Notes: generated by a model not told the origin, from the letters alone. Numbered from the stretch's first letter, positions 15,545 through 24,275 are shown. The stretch is 28,035 bases of DNA from Thermoplasmata archaeon (GCA_030039995.1 JASHUL010000082.1:1-28035), one strand, 5' to 3'. Program-made: numbers and translations.

Positions 15545-17848
15545 ATGAACGGTCACCGGTACCCCGCAGGATTTCTGCTCAGCGTCGGTGTCGGTGGTCT
15601 CTTGATCCTCGGGTCCGTCGTACTCCTGCCCGCACTCGCGCTGTGGGAGCCGGGGGTTGGAGCTTCGACCTCACCCGCCGGCCCGGGTCTCACTCCTTTT
15701 GTTTCCGAAGGAGGGAACACCGCAACGGCGTGCAGTGACGTCACTACGTGCACGACCGCGTCGATCACCGATGTCGATGCGGGGGACACGTTGGTCGTCG
15801 AAGTCACGGAGTTCACCACGTCACGAGGGGACCCTTCGGCGGTCGAAGCGGTCACCGCGGGAGGTTACCGGGCGCTCAGCTTGGTCGGAACCACGACCTG
15901 CGTCGCGGGCAGTGGTCACGGAGTCTCGGCGGTCTACGGTCTCACGGATGTCAGCGCCCAGAGTTCCGTGAAGATCGTGGTCAACTATTCGACCGCGTCG
16001 TACTACACGGTCCACGCGTTGGACGTCGAAGGCGTGGCGGCTTCTCCGTTCGAAACTGCGGGAACCGGGGTCTGTTCCGCCGAAGCGGCGACGACCGGAA
16101 CCGCCTCCGTTACCACGTCGGTCCCCGACGACCTGGTCATACTCGCGATGGAGGTACGGGCCTCCACGACCCTCGCCGCGACCGGGGGCGACGCTCTGGT
16201 GAACGATGCCGCCACGACGGGCGCCGACCTCGACTCGGGGGGGATGCTGGAGGAGATCGACGGCGGCACGGGCCCGATCTCGCTCTCCGCGACCTTCGCG
16301 GACGCCTCTTGGGCCGCGATCGCGGTCGCCCTGAAGTCCTCGCCGTTGGTGTCCGGGACGGTCACCCCCTCGGTCTCGGGGATCGACGCCGGACAGACGG
16401 TCGAGCTCTCGACCTCCGCGGCGACGGGGGGCACCACCCCGTACACCTACCATTGGCACGTGGCCACGTCGGTCTCCACCTGCGATTCCGGGGCGTTGAT
16501 CTCCGGGGCCACGGGCCCGTCGTACACGACCCCCGCGCTGGCCGTCGGCACTCACTACTACTGCGTTTGGACCTCCGACAGCAGCACTCCGACCGCCGAG
16601 GTCGTCTACTCGAACGTGGCCACGGTCACGGTCGCGGCGTCGCTGTCCGTGGCCATCGACCCGAACTCACCCACGATCCCCAGCGGACAGTCGGTGCTCT
16701 TGACCGCGGAGCCGTCCGGCGGAACGGGCGCGGACAGCTACACCTGGTACCCCGGACTCGTCTGTTCGGGAACCGCTCTCGCCACGACCCAGGGATACAC
16801 CACCCCCGACCTTTCCGCCGGCGCCTCGTACTGCGTCGCCGCGACGGACAGCTCGCTCGTTCCCGAGACCGCGACGGCCACGGCCAACGTCACCGTACAG
16901 GGCCCCCCGCTGAACGTGACGGTCGATCCCGTCGCCCCGTCGATCGATACGGGCCAGGCGATCGAACTGCACGCCGAACCGACCGGCGGGACGGGACCGT
17001 ACACCTACGACTGGTACGCGGGATCGACCTGCACGGGCACGGTGATCGCCACGACCCAGAACTTCACCACTCCGACGCTCTCGGCCAATTCGACGTACTG
17101 CGTCGAGGTGACGGACAGCGAGTCTACGCCCGCGACCGCCAACGCCTCCGTCTCGGTGACGGTGAGCGCATCCCCGCTGACCGTCGAGATCACCCCCGCT
17201 GCCCCCACCATCGGGTACGACCAAGCGGTGCTGTTGACGGCCCAGCCTTCCGGCGGCACGGGGCCCGACACCCTGGAGTGGTACGCCGGGTCGACCTGTT
17301 CGGGCACCCCGTTGGCGTCGACCCAGACCTACACGACCCCGGACCTCACATCGAACTCGACGTTCTGTGTGACGGCGATGGACAGCGCGTACGTTCCGGC
17401 CAGCGCGAGCGCGATGGCCGTCGTGACCGTCACTCCCGCCGCGAGCCCGGGCTCCGGGTCCGGGACGGGCTCCGGGCCGAGTTCGGGTTCGGGCGCGGGA
17501 GCCGGCGCTTCCCACGGGAGCGGTCTACCGTCCTACGTCTACCCGGTCGCGGGTCTGTTGGCGGCCATTGTTGCGGCGGCGCTGCTGTTGGCGCTGTTGG
17601 TTCGGCGGCGGCGGAAGGTCACCTTCACCGAAGCCGGCCTTCCTCCGGGGACCCGGTGGTCCGTCACGTTCGACGGTCAGGCGAAGGTGTCCTCGACCCC
17701 CAGCATCGTCTTTGACGGCGCGAAGGGAAACCGCCCGTACACGGTGGGCAAAGTGAGCGGATACGTGCCCTCCCCGGCCTCGGGGCAGATGAAGGTCGGT
17801 GGAGACCCCAACGAACAGAAGGTCACGTTCACGGCCCTGACCCCCTAG
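15545..17848 (+). CDS. Large surface protein: signal peptide, N-terminal beta domain, four Ig-like repeats, G/S linker, TM helix, thermopsin-type C-terminal domain; about 767 aa
   Basis: Signal-like FLLSVGVGGLLILGSVVLLPALAL. Repeats of the form P-x-I-x-x-G-Q-x-V-x-L...GGTG...W...C...YTTP-x-L...YCV...D. TM PVAGLLAAIVAAALLLALLV then RRRRK then VTFTEAGLPPGTRWSVTFDG. Start moved to ATG 15545. Confidence 0.85.
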   Translation: MNGHRYPAGFLLSVGVGGLLILGSVVLLPALALWEPGVGASTSPAGPGLTPFVSEGGNTATACSDVTTCTTASITDVDAGDTLVVEVTEFTTSRGDPSAVEAVTAGGYRALSLVGTTTCVAGSGHGVSAVYGLTDVSAQSSVKIVVNYSTASYYTVHALDVEGVAASPFETAGTGVCSAEAATTGTASVTTSVPDDLVILAMEVRASTTLAATGGDALVNDAATTGADLDSGGMLEEIDGGTGPISLSATFADASWAAIAVALKSSPLVSGTVTPSVSGIDAGQTVELSTSAATGGTTPYTYHWHVATSVSTCDSGALISGATGPSYTTPALAVGTHYYCVWTSDSSTPTAEVVYSNVATVTVAASLSVAIDPNSPTIPSGQSVLLTAEPSGGTGADSYTWYPGLVCSGTALATTQGYTTPDLSAGASYCVAATDSSLVPETATATANVTVQGPPLNVTVDPVAPSIDTGQAIELHAEPTGGTGPYTYDWYAGSTCTGTVIATTQNFTTPTLSANSTYCVEVTDSESTPATANASVSVTVSASPLTVEITPAAPTIGYDQAVLLTAQPSGGTGPDTLEWYAGSTCSGTPLASTQTYTTPDLTSNSTFCVTAMDSAYVPASASAMAVVTVTPAASPGSGSGTGSGPSSGSGAGAGASHGSGLPSYVYPVAGLLAAIVAAALLLALLVRRRRKVTFTEAGLPPGTRWSVTFDGQAKVSSTPSIVFDGAKGNRPYTVGKVSGYVPSPASGQMKVGGDPNEQKVTFTALTP
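16343..17440 (+). repeat. Four tandem Ig-like coding repeats (units begin at about 16343, 16640, 16904, 17171; period about 264-297 nt)
   Basis: Shared peptides GGTTPYTYHW / GGTGADSYTW / GGTGPYTYDW / GGTGPDTLEW and YYCVWTSDS / SYCVAATDS / TYCVEVTDS / TFCVTAMDS. Confidence 0.85.
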
Positions 17849-17933
17849 CTCGATCCCTCGAGCGTCGATCGGTCGTCGACCGAGCGCGGCGTCCCGCCCG
17901 AACTTCTTGGAACCGGTCCGGCGAAGTTGCCTC

Positions 17934-18338
17934 CTAGTAGGATGGTCGGGTGGCCGCGTAGACGATGATGACGATCCCGATGAGCAGCAGGATCACCCCG
18001 ATGGCCGCGATCCCACCGCTCGGGTCGGACTGCGGCACGCAACTGGGGATCTGAGCGCAGGTCTGGTTGTAGGACGAGACCCCGGAGGAGATCACCGCCG
18101 CCCCGATCAGGGCGACGATCCCGATCAGGAGAAGGGGGATCCCAACGCGGTAGTATAACCCGGGAGCGTAGGAGTTCGCCGGCGTCTCGACCGGCAAATC
18201 GAGAGGCTGGTACTCGAGCGGGGGCGCTGCCGGCGGGGGGGCGATCTCCAGCTGGTGCGAACACCATTGGCAGGTCCTGGCGCCAGGGGGGTTCGGTCCG
18301 CCGCACCGAGCGCAGTCCACGTTGACCCTAGTCCGCAA
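17934..18338 (-). CDS. Zinc-ribbon protein with two C-terminal TM helices; up to 134 aa
   Basis: CARC-x10-CQWC, Pro-rich linker, then helices VGIPLLLIGIVALIGAAVI and GIAAIGVILLLIGIVIIVYA. Start uncertain (TTG 18338 or GTG 18320). Confidence 0.78.
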   Translation of the reverse strand: MRTRVNVDCARCGGPNPPGARTCQWCSHQLEIAPPPAAPPLEYQPLDLPVETPANSYAPGLYYRVGIPLLLIGIVALIGAAVISSGVSSYNQTCAQIPSCVPQSDPSGGIAAIGVILLLIGIVIIVYAATRPSY

Positions 18339-18440
18339 CCTCCTTCCGGTCCATTAGTTCGACGGAGTCCCCGCCGCGGCCGCGAACTCCGTCCTCCCGA
18401 CGGCCGACCGTGGATCGCGGTGAAGGCGCCGAGGGGCGGC

Positions 18441-18587
18441 TCAGAACCCGATCGCGATCAAGATCAGCAGGACGATGATGGCGATCAATCCGGCTCTCAC
18501 CCAGTGAAAGGTCATCGTCGTCTGTTGGTCGATTCTTCGCAACAGTTCGTTCGGGTCGGTCGTCGTGAAGTTCGGGGTCGTCGCCAT
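18441..18587 (-). CDS. Small single-pass (tail-anchored-like) membrane protein; 48 aa; absent from the ORF track
   Basis: Hand translation MATTPNFTTTDPNELLRRIDQQTTMTFHWVRAGLIAIIVLLILIAIGF*. GAGGTG lies 6 nt upstream of the ATG. The ORF fills an intergenic gap on the same strand as its neighbours. Confidence 0.68.
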   Translation of the reverse strand: MATTPNFTTTDPNELLRRIDQQTTMTFHWVRAGLIAIIVLLILIAIGF

Positions 18588-18692
18588 GCGGTACACCTCG
18601 CCGGCCCCGAGTGCCTGGACGAGGATGAGTTCTCCGAAGACGTCAGGAATCTTGACGGATGGGACGGGCCCATCGGTACGCGTCGACAGGAC

Positions 18693-19001
18693 TCACGCGG
18701 TGCGCCGGTCCGAGGGACGGGAGTTGTCGGTGTGGGAGCGATCGAACCGAGCCTTCAGGAAGAGGATCGTCAGCGCGAGGACGAACGTCACCGAATTGGC
18801 GGCCACGACCGGCACCGAGCTGGTCAGGACGCCGTACCCGACCCATCCGACCAGCCCGACCGAAAAGACCGAGAAAGTGACGAAGGAGATGTCGCGCGCG
18901 TCCTTGAGTCGCCAGACTCGGATCACCTGCGGAACGAACGCCGCCGTAGTGAGTGCCGCCGACACCGAACCGACCAGGGTGATCGCCCATGTTGCGTCCA
19001 T
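18693..19001 (-). CDS. SemiSWEET (PQ-loop/MtN3) sugar transporter; 102 aa
   Basis: LTTAAFVPQVIRVWRLKDARDIS, GWVGYG and PVVAANSVT; three TM helices. Start moved to ATG 19001, preceded by GGAG. Confidence 0.92.
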   Translation of the reverse strand: MDATWAITLVGSVSAALTTAAFVPQVIRVWRLKDARDISFVTFSVFSVGLVGWVGYGVLTSSVPVVAANSVTFVLALTILFLKARFDRSHTDNSRPSDRRTA

Positions 19002-19234
19002 CGGGCTCCACCGTGGGGCACGGTCGGATGAAGTCGTCGGGCCTGTCCGGACCAAGGTGGCGGAGCCGTGGGCCGGCGAACCGGCCGAGGGCCGGGAGCG
19101 CGTGCTTTGTCTTTCGCGATGTGGGAGGTCACGCGAGTCCCGGCGGGAGCTCCCTCGTTTTCCGGCCGAACCGAGGGTGTTTCAGGATCCGTCGGGCCCC
19201 GTTAAGAAACTCGAGCCTCTGGGTTGCTTCTGCG

Positions 19235-19447
19235 ATGCGCTACGAGGAGTTTCGTACGGCGATCCGCGAATATCTGACGTCACACCCCCACGGCGCGACG
19301 TGGACGGAGCTCCGGTCCGAGCTGGGAATGACGTATCGGATACCTTGCCCCACGTGGGTGGCCCGGCTGGAGCACGAGATCGGTCTCCTCCGGACTGGTG
19401 GGCCTCGGGGGAAGGTCTGGACGGTCCGAAAGCGACGATCGAGGTAG
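19235..19447 (+). CDS. Small basic winged-helix-like hypothetical protein; 70 aa
   Basis: MRYEEFRTAIREYLTSHPHGATWTELRSELG...GKVWTV, a helix-helix-helix-wing pattern. TTAAGA box 27 nt upstream of ATG 19235. Confidence 0.65.
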   Translation: MRYEEFRTAIREYLTSHPHGATWTELRSELGMTYRIPCPTWVARLEHEIGLLRTGGPRGKVWTVRKRRSR

Positions 19448-19451
19448 GACC

Positions 19452-20702
19452 CTGACGCCCGAAGCGATCCACATCTCGATCGGGCAGGTCCGCCGGCTTT
19501 CGATTGCGAAACAACACCTCGCGGGGCCGAGGCCCGCCCGTCCGGACCGGAAATCGATGCTGGACGTGGTTCGGGACACCGGGTACATCCAGTGGGATCC
19601 GGTCAACGTTGTCGCGCCGGCACACGAGCTCGCGTTCTGGAGTCGGCTGGGCGACTATCGCCACGCGGACCTGGAGCGCCTCATCTGGAAAGAGCGGAAA
19701 CTGTTCCAGGGCTGGGGGCATGCGGCGTCGCTGTTGCTGACGGAGGATTATCCTCTCCACTACTCACTGATGCGTCGGTATCCCGACTGCCTTTCCGACT
19801 CCTGGGGGAATTGGAAACGGCACGCGAAAGCGTGGCTCCCGAGGCACCGCGCACTTCGCCGGGCGATCCTGAGAGAGCTCGGAAAGGGGCCGCGGACCGT
19901 CAGTCAGTTCCCCCGTCACGCGAAGACACGGCGACGCGGCGACGCCTGGAGCTCGTGGAGCGACGTCTCCGCGATGCTGTTTCATCTCTGGATGGCCGGG
20001 GACGTGATGATCTCGGGCCACGAGGGCCGGGCGAACCTGTGGGCGCGGACGGAGGCGTTCCTGCCCACGTGGGCGAAACGGGAAACGCTGCCCGCCGACG
20101 AGGTCGAGCGTGCGCTCGCCCAACGGGCGCTGCGGGCGCTGGGCGTGGCCTCCGCACGGGAGATCAACGTAAGCTTCCCGAACGGACACTACCTGAATCT
20201 GAAGGCGAATCTCGCGAAACTCGTCAAAGACTCGGTCGTCATCCCCGTACGGATCGAGGGGCTGAATTCGAAAGAGACGCGCTACGTCCATCGGGACGAC
20301 GTCTCCCGCCTCGAGTCGCTCTCGGGCGACGGGGAGGAGCCGCGGACGACGATCCTGTCCCCCTTCGACAACTTGATCTGTCTGCGGGCCCGGGTCCACG
20401 AGCTCTTCGACTTCGAATTCTCGCACGAGAACTACGTGCCGCGGGAGAAACGCAAGTACGGGGTGTACGTGATGCCCCTCTTGCGGGGCGACCGATTCGT
20501 GGGTCGGATCGCTCCCCGGATGGACCGGGAGCACCGACGGTTGATCGTCGAGAGCTTCCACACCGAGGGATCCGGACCGGTCGACCCCGGGGCGGCCGTC
20601 GACGTGGCGGATCAGATCCGGGGGTTGGGCCAGTTCCTTGGGGCGGACGAGGTGGTCTACCCGAACAAGTTGCCGAAAGGCTGGCGTCGGGCGCTGAACT
20701 AG
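19452..20702 (+). CDS. YcaQ/AlkZ-family (HTH_42) crosslink-repair DNA glycosylase-like protein; about 416 aa
   Basis: QxD motif in GYIQWDPVNVV, LSPFDNLI, and ELFDFEFSHENYVPREKRKYGVYVMPLLRGDRFVGR. Start uncertain: CTG 19452 after GAGGT, or GTG 19398 overlapping the upstream gene. Confidence 0.88.
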   Translation: MTPEAIHISIGQVRRLSIAKQHLAGPRPARPDRKSMLDVVRDTGYIQWDPVNVVAPAHELAFWSRLGDYRHADLERLIWKERKLFQGWGHAASLLLTEDYPLHYSLMRRYPDCLSDSWGNWKRHAKAWLPRHRALRRAILRELGKGPRTVSQFPRHAKTRRRGDAWSSWSDVSAMLFHLWMAGDVMISGHEGRANLWARTEAFLPTWAKRETLPADEVERALAQRALRALGVASAREINVSFPNGHYLNLKANLAKLVKDSVVIPVRIEGLNSKETRYVHRDDVSRLESLSGDGEEPRTTILSPFDNLICLRARVHELFDFEFSHENYVPREKRKYGVYVMPLLRGDRFVGRIAPRMDREHRRLIVESFHTEGSGPVDPGAAVDVADQIRGLGQFLGADEVVYPNKLPKGWRRALN

Positions 20703-20789
20703 CGGCCCGATGGGAGCGACCTCGAGCCCGACCCGGGTCGGGGCCGCTGGGCCCACATATACCGCCGGGTCGTACCCCCCCACGCCTCG

Positions 20790-21626
20790 ATGCCGTGGAA
20801 ATACACCGATGACTACTACCGGGAATACACCCGGACCACCTGGAACGACAGTGCGGAAGCGTACCTCGGGCTGTTGACCCGCTTCGAACCGTTTCGCGCG
20901 AAGGTCGTGGAGCGGCTCGCCGCGCGCCCCGGCGAACGGGTGCTCGACCTCGGTACCGGGCCCGGCGAGCCCGCGATGACCCTCGCCGTCCAGGTCGGGT
21001 CCCAGGGACACGTGACCGGGGTGGACCTCTCGGAGAAGATGATCGAGATCGCGCGGAAGGTCGCGAACTCTCGACGGCTCCGTAACGTCGACTTCCAAGT
21101 GATGGATTGTTCCTCCCTCACGCTGGCCGATGCGTCGTTCCACGCCGCGACGTGCTGCTTCGGGTTTCAGATCTTCACCGACCCCGAGAAGGCCGCGCGG
21201 GAAACGTACCGCGTGCTGAAACCCGGGGGACGGGTCTCGGTCTGCGTGTGGAGCACGGGCGACAAGGTCCCGTTCCTGCACGCGATCATCGAGCCGATGC
21301 TCGAGCACGCGGAACCCGACGAGACGGGGTATCTGCCTACGCCGTACGAGACCGGCGGCCCCGGCGAGATGGTCGCGTTCCTCGGAGCGGCGGGGTTCCG
21401 CGGCGGGACGGAGCATCATCTGGTGCAGACCCTGCGTTACGACTCCCCGGACGACTACCTCCAGTCGATCCTCCAGGGAACTCCGATCGGTCACTCGCTC
21501 TCGGAGGAGGACCCGAAGACCCAGCAGGAGATCCTCCAGAAGACCCGCTCGAACCTGACCCGCTGGACGACGTCGAGCGGAGTCGGTCTTCCGGCGGAAT
21601 GCGTGGTCGTGACCGCGGTCAAATAG
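20790..21626 (+). CDS. Class I SAM-dependent methyltransferase (UbiE-like fold); 278 aa
   Basis: VLDLGTGPG, VTGVDLSEKMI, ASFHAATCCFG and VLKPGGRV. CATATA box 28 nt upstream. Confidence 0.9.
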   Translation: MPWKYTDDYYREYTRTTWNDSAEAYLGLLTRFEPFRAKVVERLAARPGERVLDLGTGPGEPAMTLAVQVGSQGHVTGVDLSEKMIEIARKVANSRRLRNVDFQVMDCSSLTLADASFHAATCCFGFQIFTDPEKAARETYRVLKPGGRVSVCVWSTGDKVPFLHAIIEPMLEHAEPDETGYLPTPYETGGPGEMVAFLGAAGFRGGTEHHLVQTLRYDSPDDYLQSILQGTPIGHSLSEEDPKTQQEILQKTRSNLTRWTTSSGVGLPAECVVVTAVK

Positions 21627-21709
21627 GCCGCGGACCACCTCGAAACCCCCAAACCATTAAGCCCCCGAGCGACCCATTTTTTCGTCTGGGGAGCGGCTTC
21701 GCCCCTGGT

Positions 21710-23263
21710 ATGTCCAACGATTCCGACGCGGCGCGCATTTGGCGCGACCGCGAGCAGCGAAGGGCGGTCGAGCGGGCCCGGATCGATGAAGAGCGGACCG
21801 ACCGTCGTCGAGAGCTCGGGCGGCTCGGTGGCAACCCCGACGGGCTGCCTCCTTCCCCCGAAGACCCGGGACCCCCATCCGCTCGGACCTCGAGTTCGGC
21901 GCGACCGTCCGGCGCCGTGACCTCCTCGTCCGGCGCGGTACCCGAGGGAGCCCATCGCGGCGGCGCTCCGCGGGAAATCGGGGGAGCGCTCCGACCCCCG
22001 TCGCTGCAGGAGTTCCTTCAGACCAATCCGATGGAGCGGTTCAACATCCTCGCGCTCAACGCTCAACGGTTTCCGGAACTGCTCGAGGCGGCCCGGGGGG
22101 ACGCGCTCCTCCTCGCCGCGATCGCGCGCCAGACCGAGGCGCTGATGGCACGGGTGAAGGAGGAGGTGGACGACCCGCTCAGCGCCGGAGCGTTCCTTCG
22201 CGACCAAGTGTATCGCTGGTATCGGGACAGCCCCGGCGAGGACGACTGGTCGGAGCGAATGTCCGACTGTTGGGCCGGACTGTTCGCCGACTCCCGGGTG
22301 AGTGGAGGCCGTCTGCAGCCCTGGCTCAATCTCCGACTCGGAGCCCTCCATGCGCAGGCCTCCCGATCGGGGTCGCTCGGGGGTCGGATGCGAGACAGCC
22401 TGCGGCGGAAGCGCCCCGCGGAGGTGGCCGTCGGCCGATCGACGATCCAGCAGATCCGCGCGGAAGTCGCCCAGGCGATCCTGGACGACCTGACCCGCCG
22501 CCGTCGGGATCCGGAGGGGCCGGTGCCGCTGGTCCACCTCAGCGAGCTCGCGATCCGTCGTCAGGTCGCGACGATCAACGACGTGCTCGCGCAGCTCTTC
22601 AACGGCCCCGAGACCGGGCCGTTCATCGTCCTCCACCCGAACCGGTACCCCGAGTGCGACGAAGTGCAGATCCGACCGCCGGTCGGGAACGTCATGGGAG
22701 CCGCCCTCGCCTACAGCCTCTCCACGGGGCGTTCGAGCCGGAAGCCCGTCGGTCGGACCCGCGGCCCCGCCGAGGCGGGAGTCCCCGCCGCGGGGGAGAG
22801 CCCGGACGACCCCGGCACGGACGACTCCGAGGAGCTCGACTCCTCGACGATCTGGGAGGCGGACCGTGTCGATGCCTCCGTGTGGCGTCGCGTGATCAAG
22901 GAACGCAAGCGCGAGCGCCACCGACTCGACACTCCCCCCAAGGACTGCCACGGTCGTAGCGCCTACGGGCCGCTGCGAACCCTCGTCCTCGAGGACACCG
23001 AGTTCCGCCAGTCGTTCCTTGCGGTGAAATGGCGGGGTCGTCCGGCGGGCCTCCCTCTGCTGTGCGCGCTCCTGCAGAAAGGGACGCTCGCGCCCGAGGT
23101 GGCGACGGACCACGAATACCTCGAAGCCGAGCTCGGCGACCTCGCGAAGGGCGACCCGCAGTGGCATCCGCCCGACCACACCTGGGCGATCGGCGAGTGG
23201 ACGGTCGCCCGCGAAGGCTCTCACGGCGAGGGGTTCCGTTTCACGGCCCAGCGACGCACGTAG
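21710..23263 (+). CDS. Hypothetical protein; 517 aa
   Basis: Long ORF with GC-biased third positions and a protein-like composition from MSNDSDAARIW onward. AAACCATTAAG promoter-like element at 21651-21661. The track's extension to 21107 overlaps the methyltransferase and was trimmed. Confidence 0.75.
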   Translation: MSNDSDAARIWRDREQRRAVERARIDEERTDRRRELGRLGGNPDGLPPSPEDPGPPSARTSSSARPSGAVTSSSGAVPEGAHRGGAPREIGGALRPPSLQEFLQTNPMERFNILALNAQRFPELLEAARGDALLLAAIARQTEALMARVKEEVDDPLSAGAFLRDQVYRWYRDSPGEDDWSERMSDCWAGLFADSRVSGGRLQPWLNLRLGALHAQASRSGSLGGRMRDSLRRKRPAEVAVGRSTIQQIRAEVAQAILDDLTRRRRDPEGPVPLVHLSELAIRRQVATINDVLAQLFNGPETGPFIVLHPNRYPECDEVQIRPPVGNVMGAALAYSLSTGRSSRKPVGRTRGPAEAGVPAAGESPDDPGTDDSEELDSSTIWEADRVDASVWRRVIKERKRERHRLDTPPKDCHGRSAYGPLRTLVLEDTEFRQSFLAVKWRGRPAGLPLLCALLQKGTLAPEVATDHEYLEAELGDLAKGDPQWHPPDHTWAIGEWTVAREGSHGEGFRFTAQRRT

Positions 23264-23296
23264 CCGCTCCCGAGGAGCGGCCCGGCGGCGAGCCGA

Positions 23297-24235
23297 CTAC
23301 GACCCTTCGTCCTCGCCGGGAAAACGATGGGCGAGGACGCCGAGCTGGTGGATCAGGGTCCGGTACTCCTCGAACGGGTACTCGGGCTCCCACCCGCCGA
23401 CCGGGATCCGCGAACGACGGGCGATCCGCACTCCCGCGGAGCCGGGAACCAGTTGGAGACCGCTGAAGAACCACTGCGGGGGCGCGATGCGGGAGCCGCG
23501 CATCCCCTTCGCGCTCTCGAGCAGGCGGAGCGTGTGCGGGAAGTAGGCGGAGAGGATCCGCGACCCGACCGCCTCCCGGATACCGGACTGCCAGCTCGCC
23601 GGCGGGCTCGGCGGCACGAGGAGGCGGGCGAGGGTCCCCGGCGGGCACTGGTCGAACTTCGTGACCACGAACAGGGGATAGAGGTCCTGCGGCTTCCGCT
23701 GACGGCCTAGCGACAGGTAGCGGCTCAACAGCCCGAGCGTCGCCGCGAGGCGTCGGTCCGAGACGTCCAGGGGTCGGGAGTTCGTCGCGGGGTCGATCGG
23801 GCGCAGCCGCGACGCGTCGATGAGCGGGAGCACGACGGGGCTCTCGAAGAGGCGACGGGTCGACAGCTCGAGGATCGCGTCGTGCTGGGCGAGCTCCGCC
23901 ACGGACTCGGCCGAGATGCCCCCGAACTGGAGGCGAAACGAGGCGAAGCCGCCGCTGTGGTGGACCGCCGCGCCCGTCAGCCGAGGGAACGTACCGGTCC
24001 GGAAGGCGAAGACAAAGGAGAGCGGGTGGGTGTCCCAGTCGGCGTCCCACTCGGGGAACCGACCGGCCACCAGTTCTCCGTAGATCCCTTCCAGCTGTCG
24101 GATCGTCTCCCGGTCGGCGGAGAAACGGAACTTGTCTCCCTCCTCCGTGCCCAGGCGAAGCTGGGCCGCGTAAAGGAGACCGACGAACGTCGTGAGGCCG
24201 GACCCTCGGTCGCCGACGACCACCGCGGATCCCAA
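23297..24235 (-). CDS. TRAFAC-type GTPase paralog, predicted inactive (pseudo-GTPase); 312 aa
   Basis: Collinear with the 25137-26162 GTPase, but P-loop is GDRGSGLT, G2 region RFPEWD, G3 GISAE; G4 TKFD is retained. TTG start preceded by GGAGGT. Confidence 0.82.
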   Translation of the reverse strand: MGSAVVVGDRGSGLTTFVGLLYAAQLRLGTEEGDKFRFSADRETIRQLEGIYGELVAGRFPEWDADWDTHPLSFVFAFRTGTFPRLTGAAVHHSGGFASFRLQFGGISAESVAELAQHDAILELSTRRLFESPVVLPLIDASRLRPIDPATNSRPLDVSDRRLAATLGLLSRYLSLGRQRKPQDLYPLFVVTKFDQCPPGTLARLLVPPSPPASWQSGIREAVGSRILSAYFPHTLRLLESAKGMRGSRIAPPQWFFSGLQLVPGSAGVRIARRSRIPVGGWEPEYPFEEYRTLIHQLGVLAHRFPGEDEGS

Positions 24236-24275
24236 GGTCCGACCTCCGAAGGAAGGGGTTCTCGCACCCGTCGCG

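Noticed and set aside
15748-17715. 655-aa alternative-frame ORF rich in R/D/G/H
   Set aside because: Off-frame by-product of GC-biased Thr/Val/Ala codons in the real surface-protein gene.
21107-21709. 5' extension of the 718-aa ORF
   Set aside because: It overlaps the methyltransferase by more than 500 bp in another frame and spans the promoter-like element at 21651-21661.
19764-23224. Long antisense ORFs (624 aa and 577 aa)
   Set aside because: Stop-poor antisense frames are typical of high-GC3 genes, and the sense strand carries recognisable proteins or promoter support.
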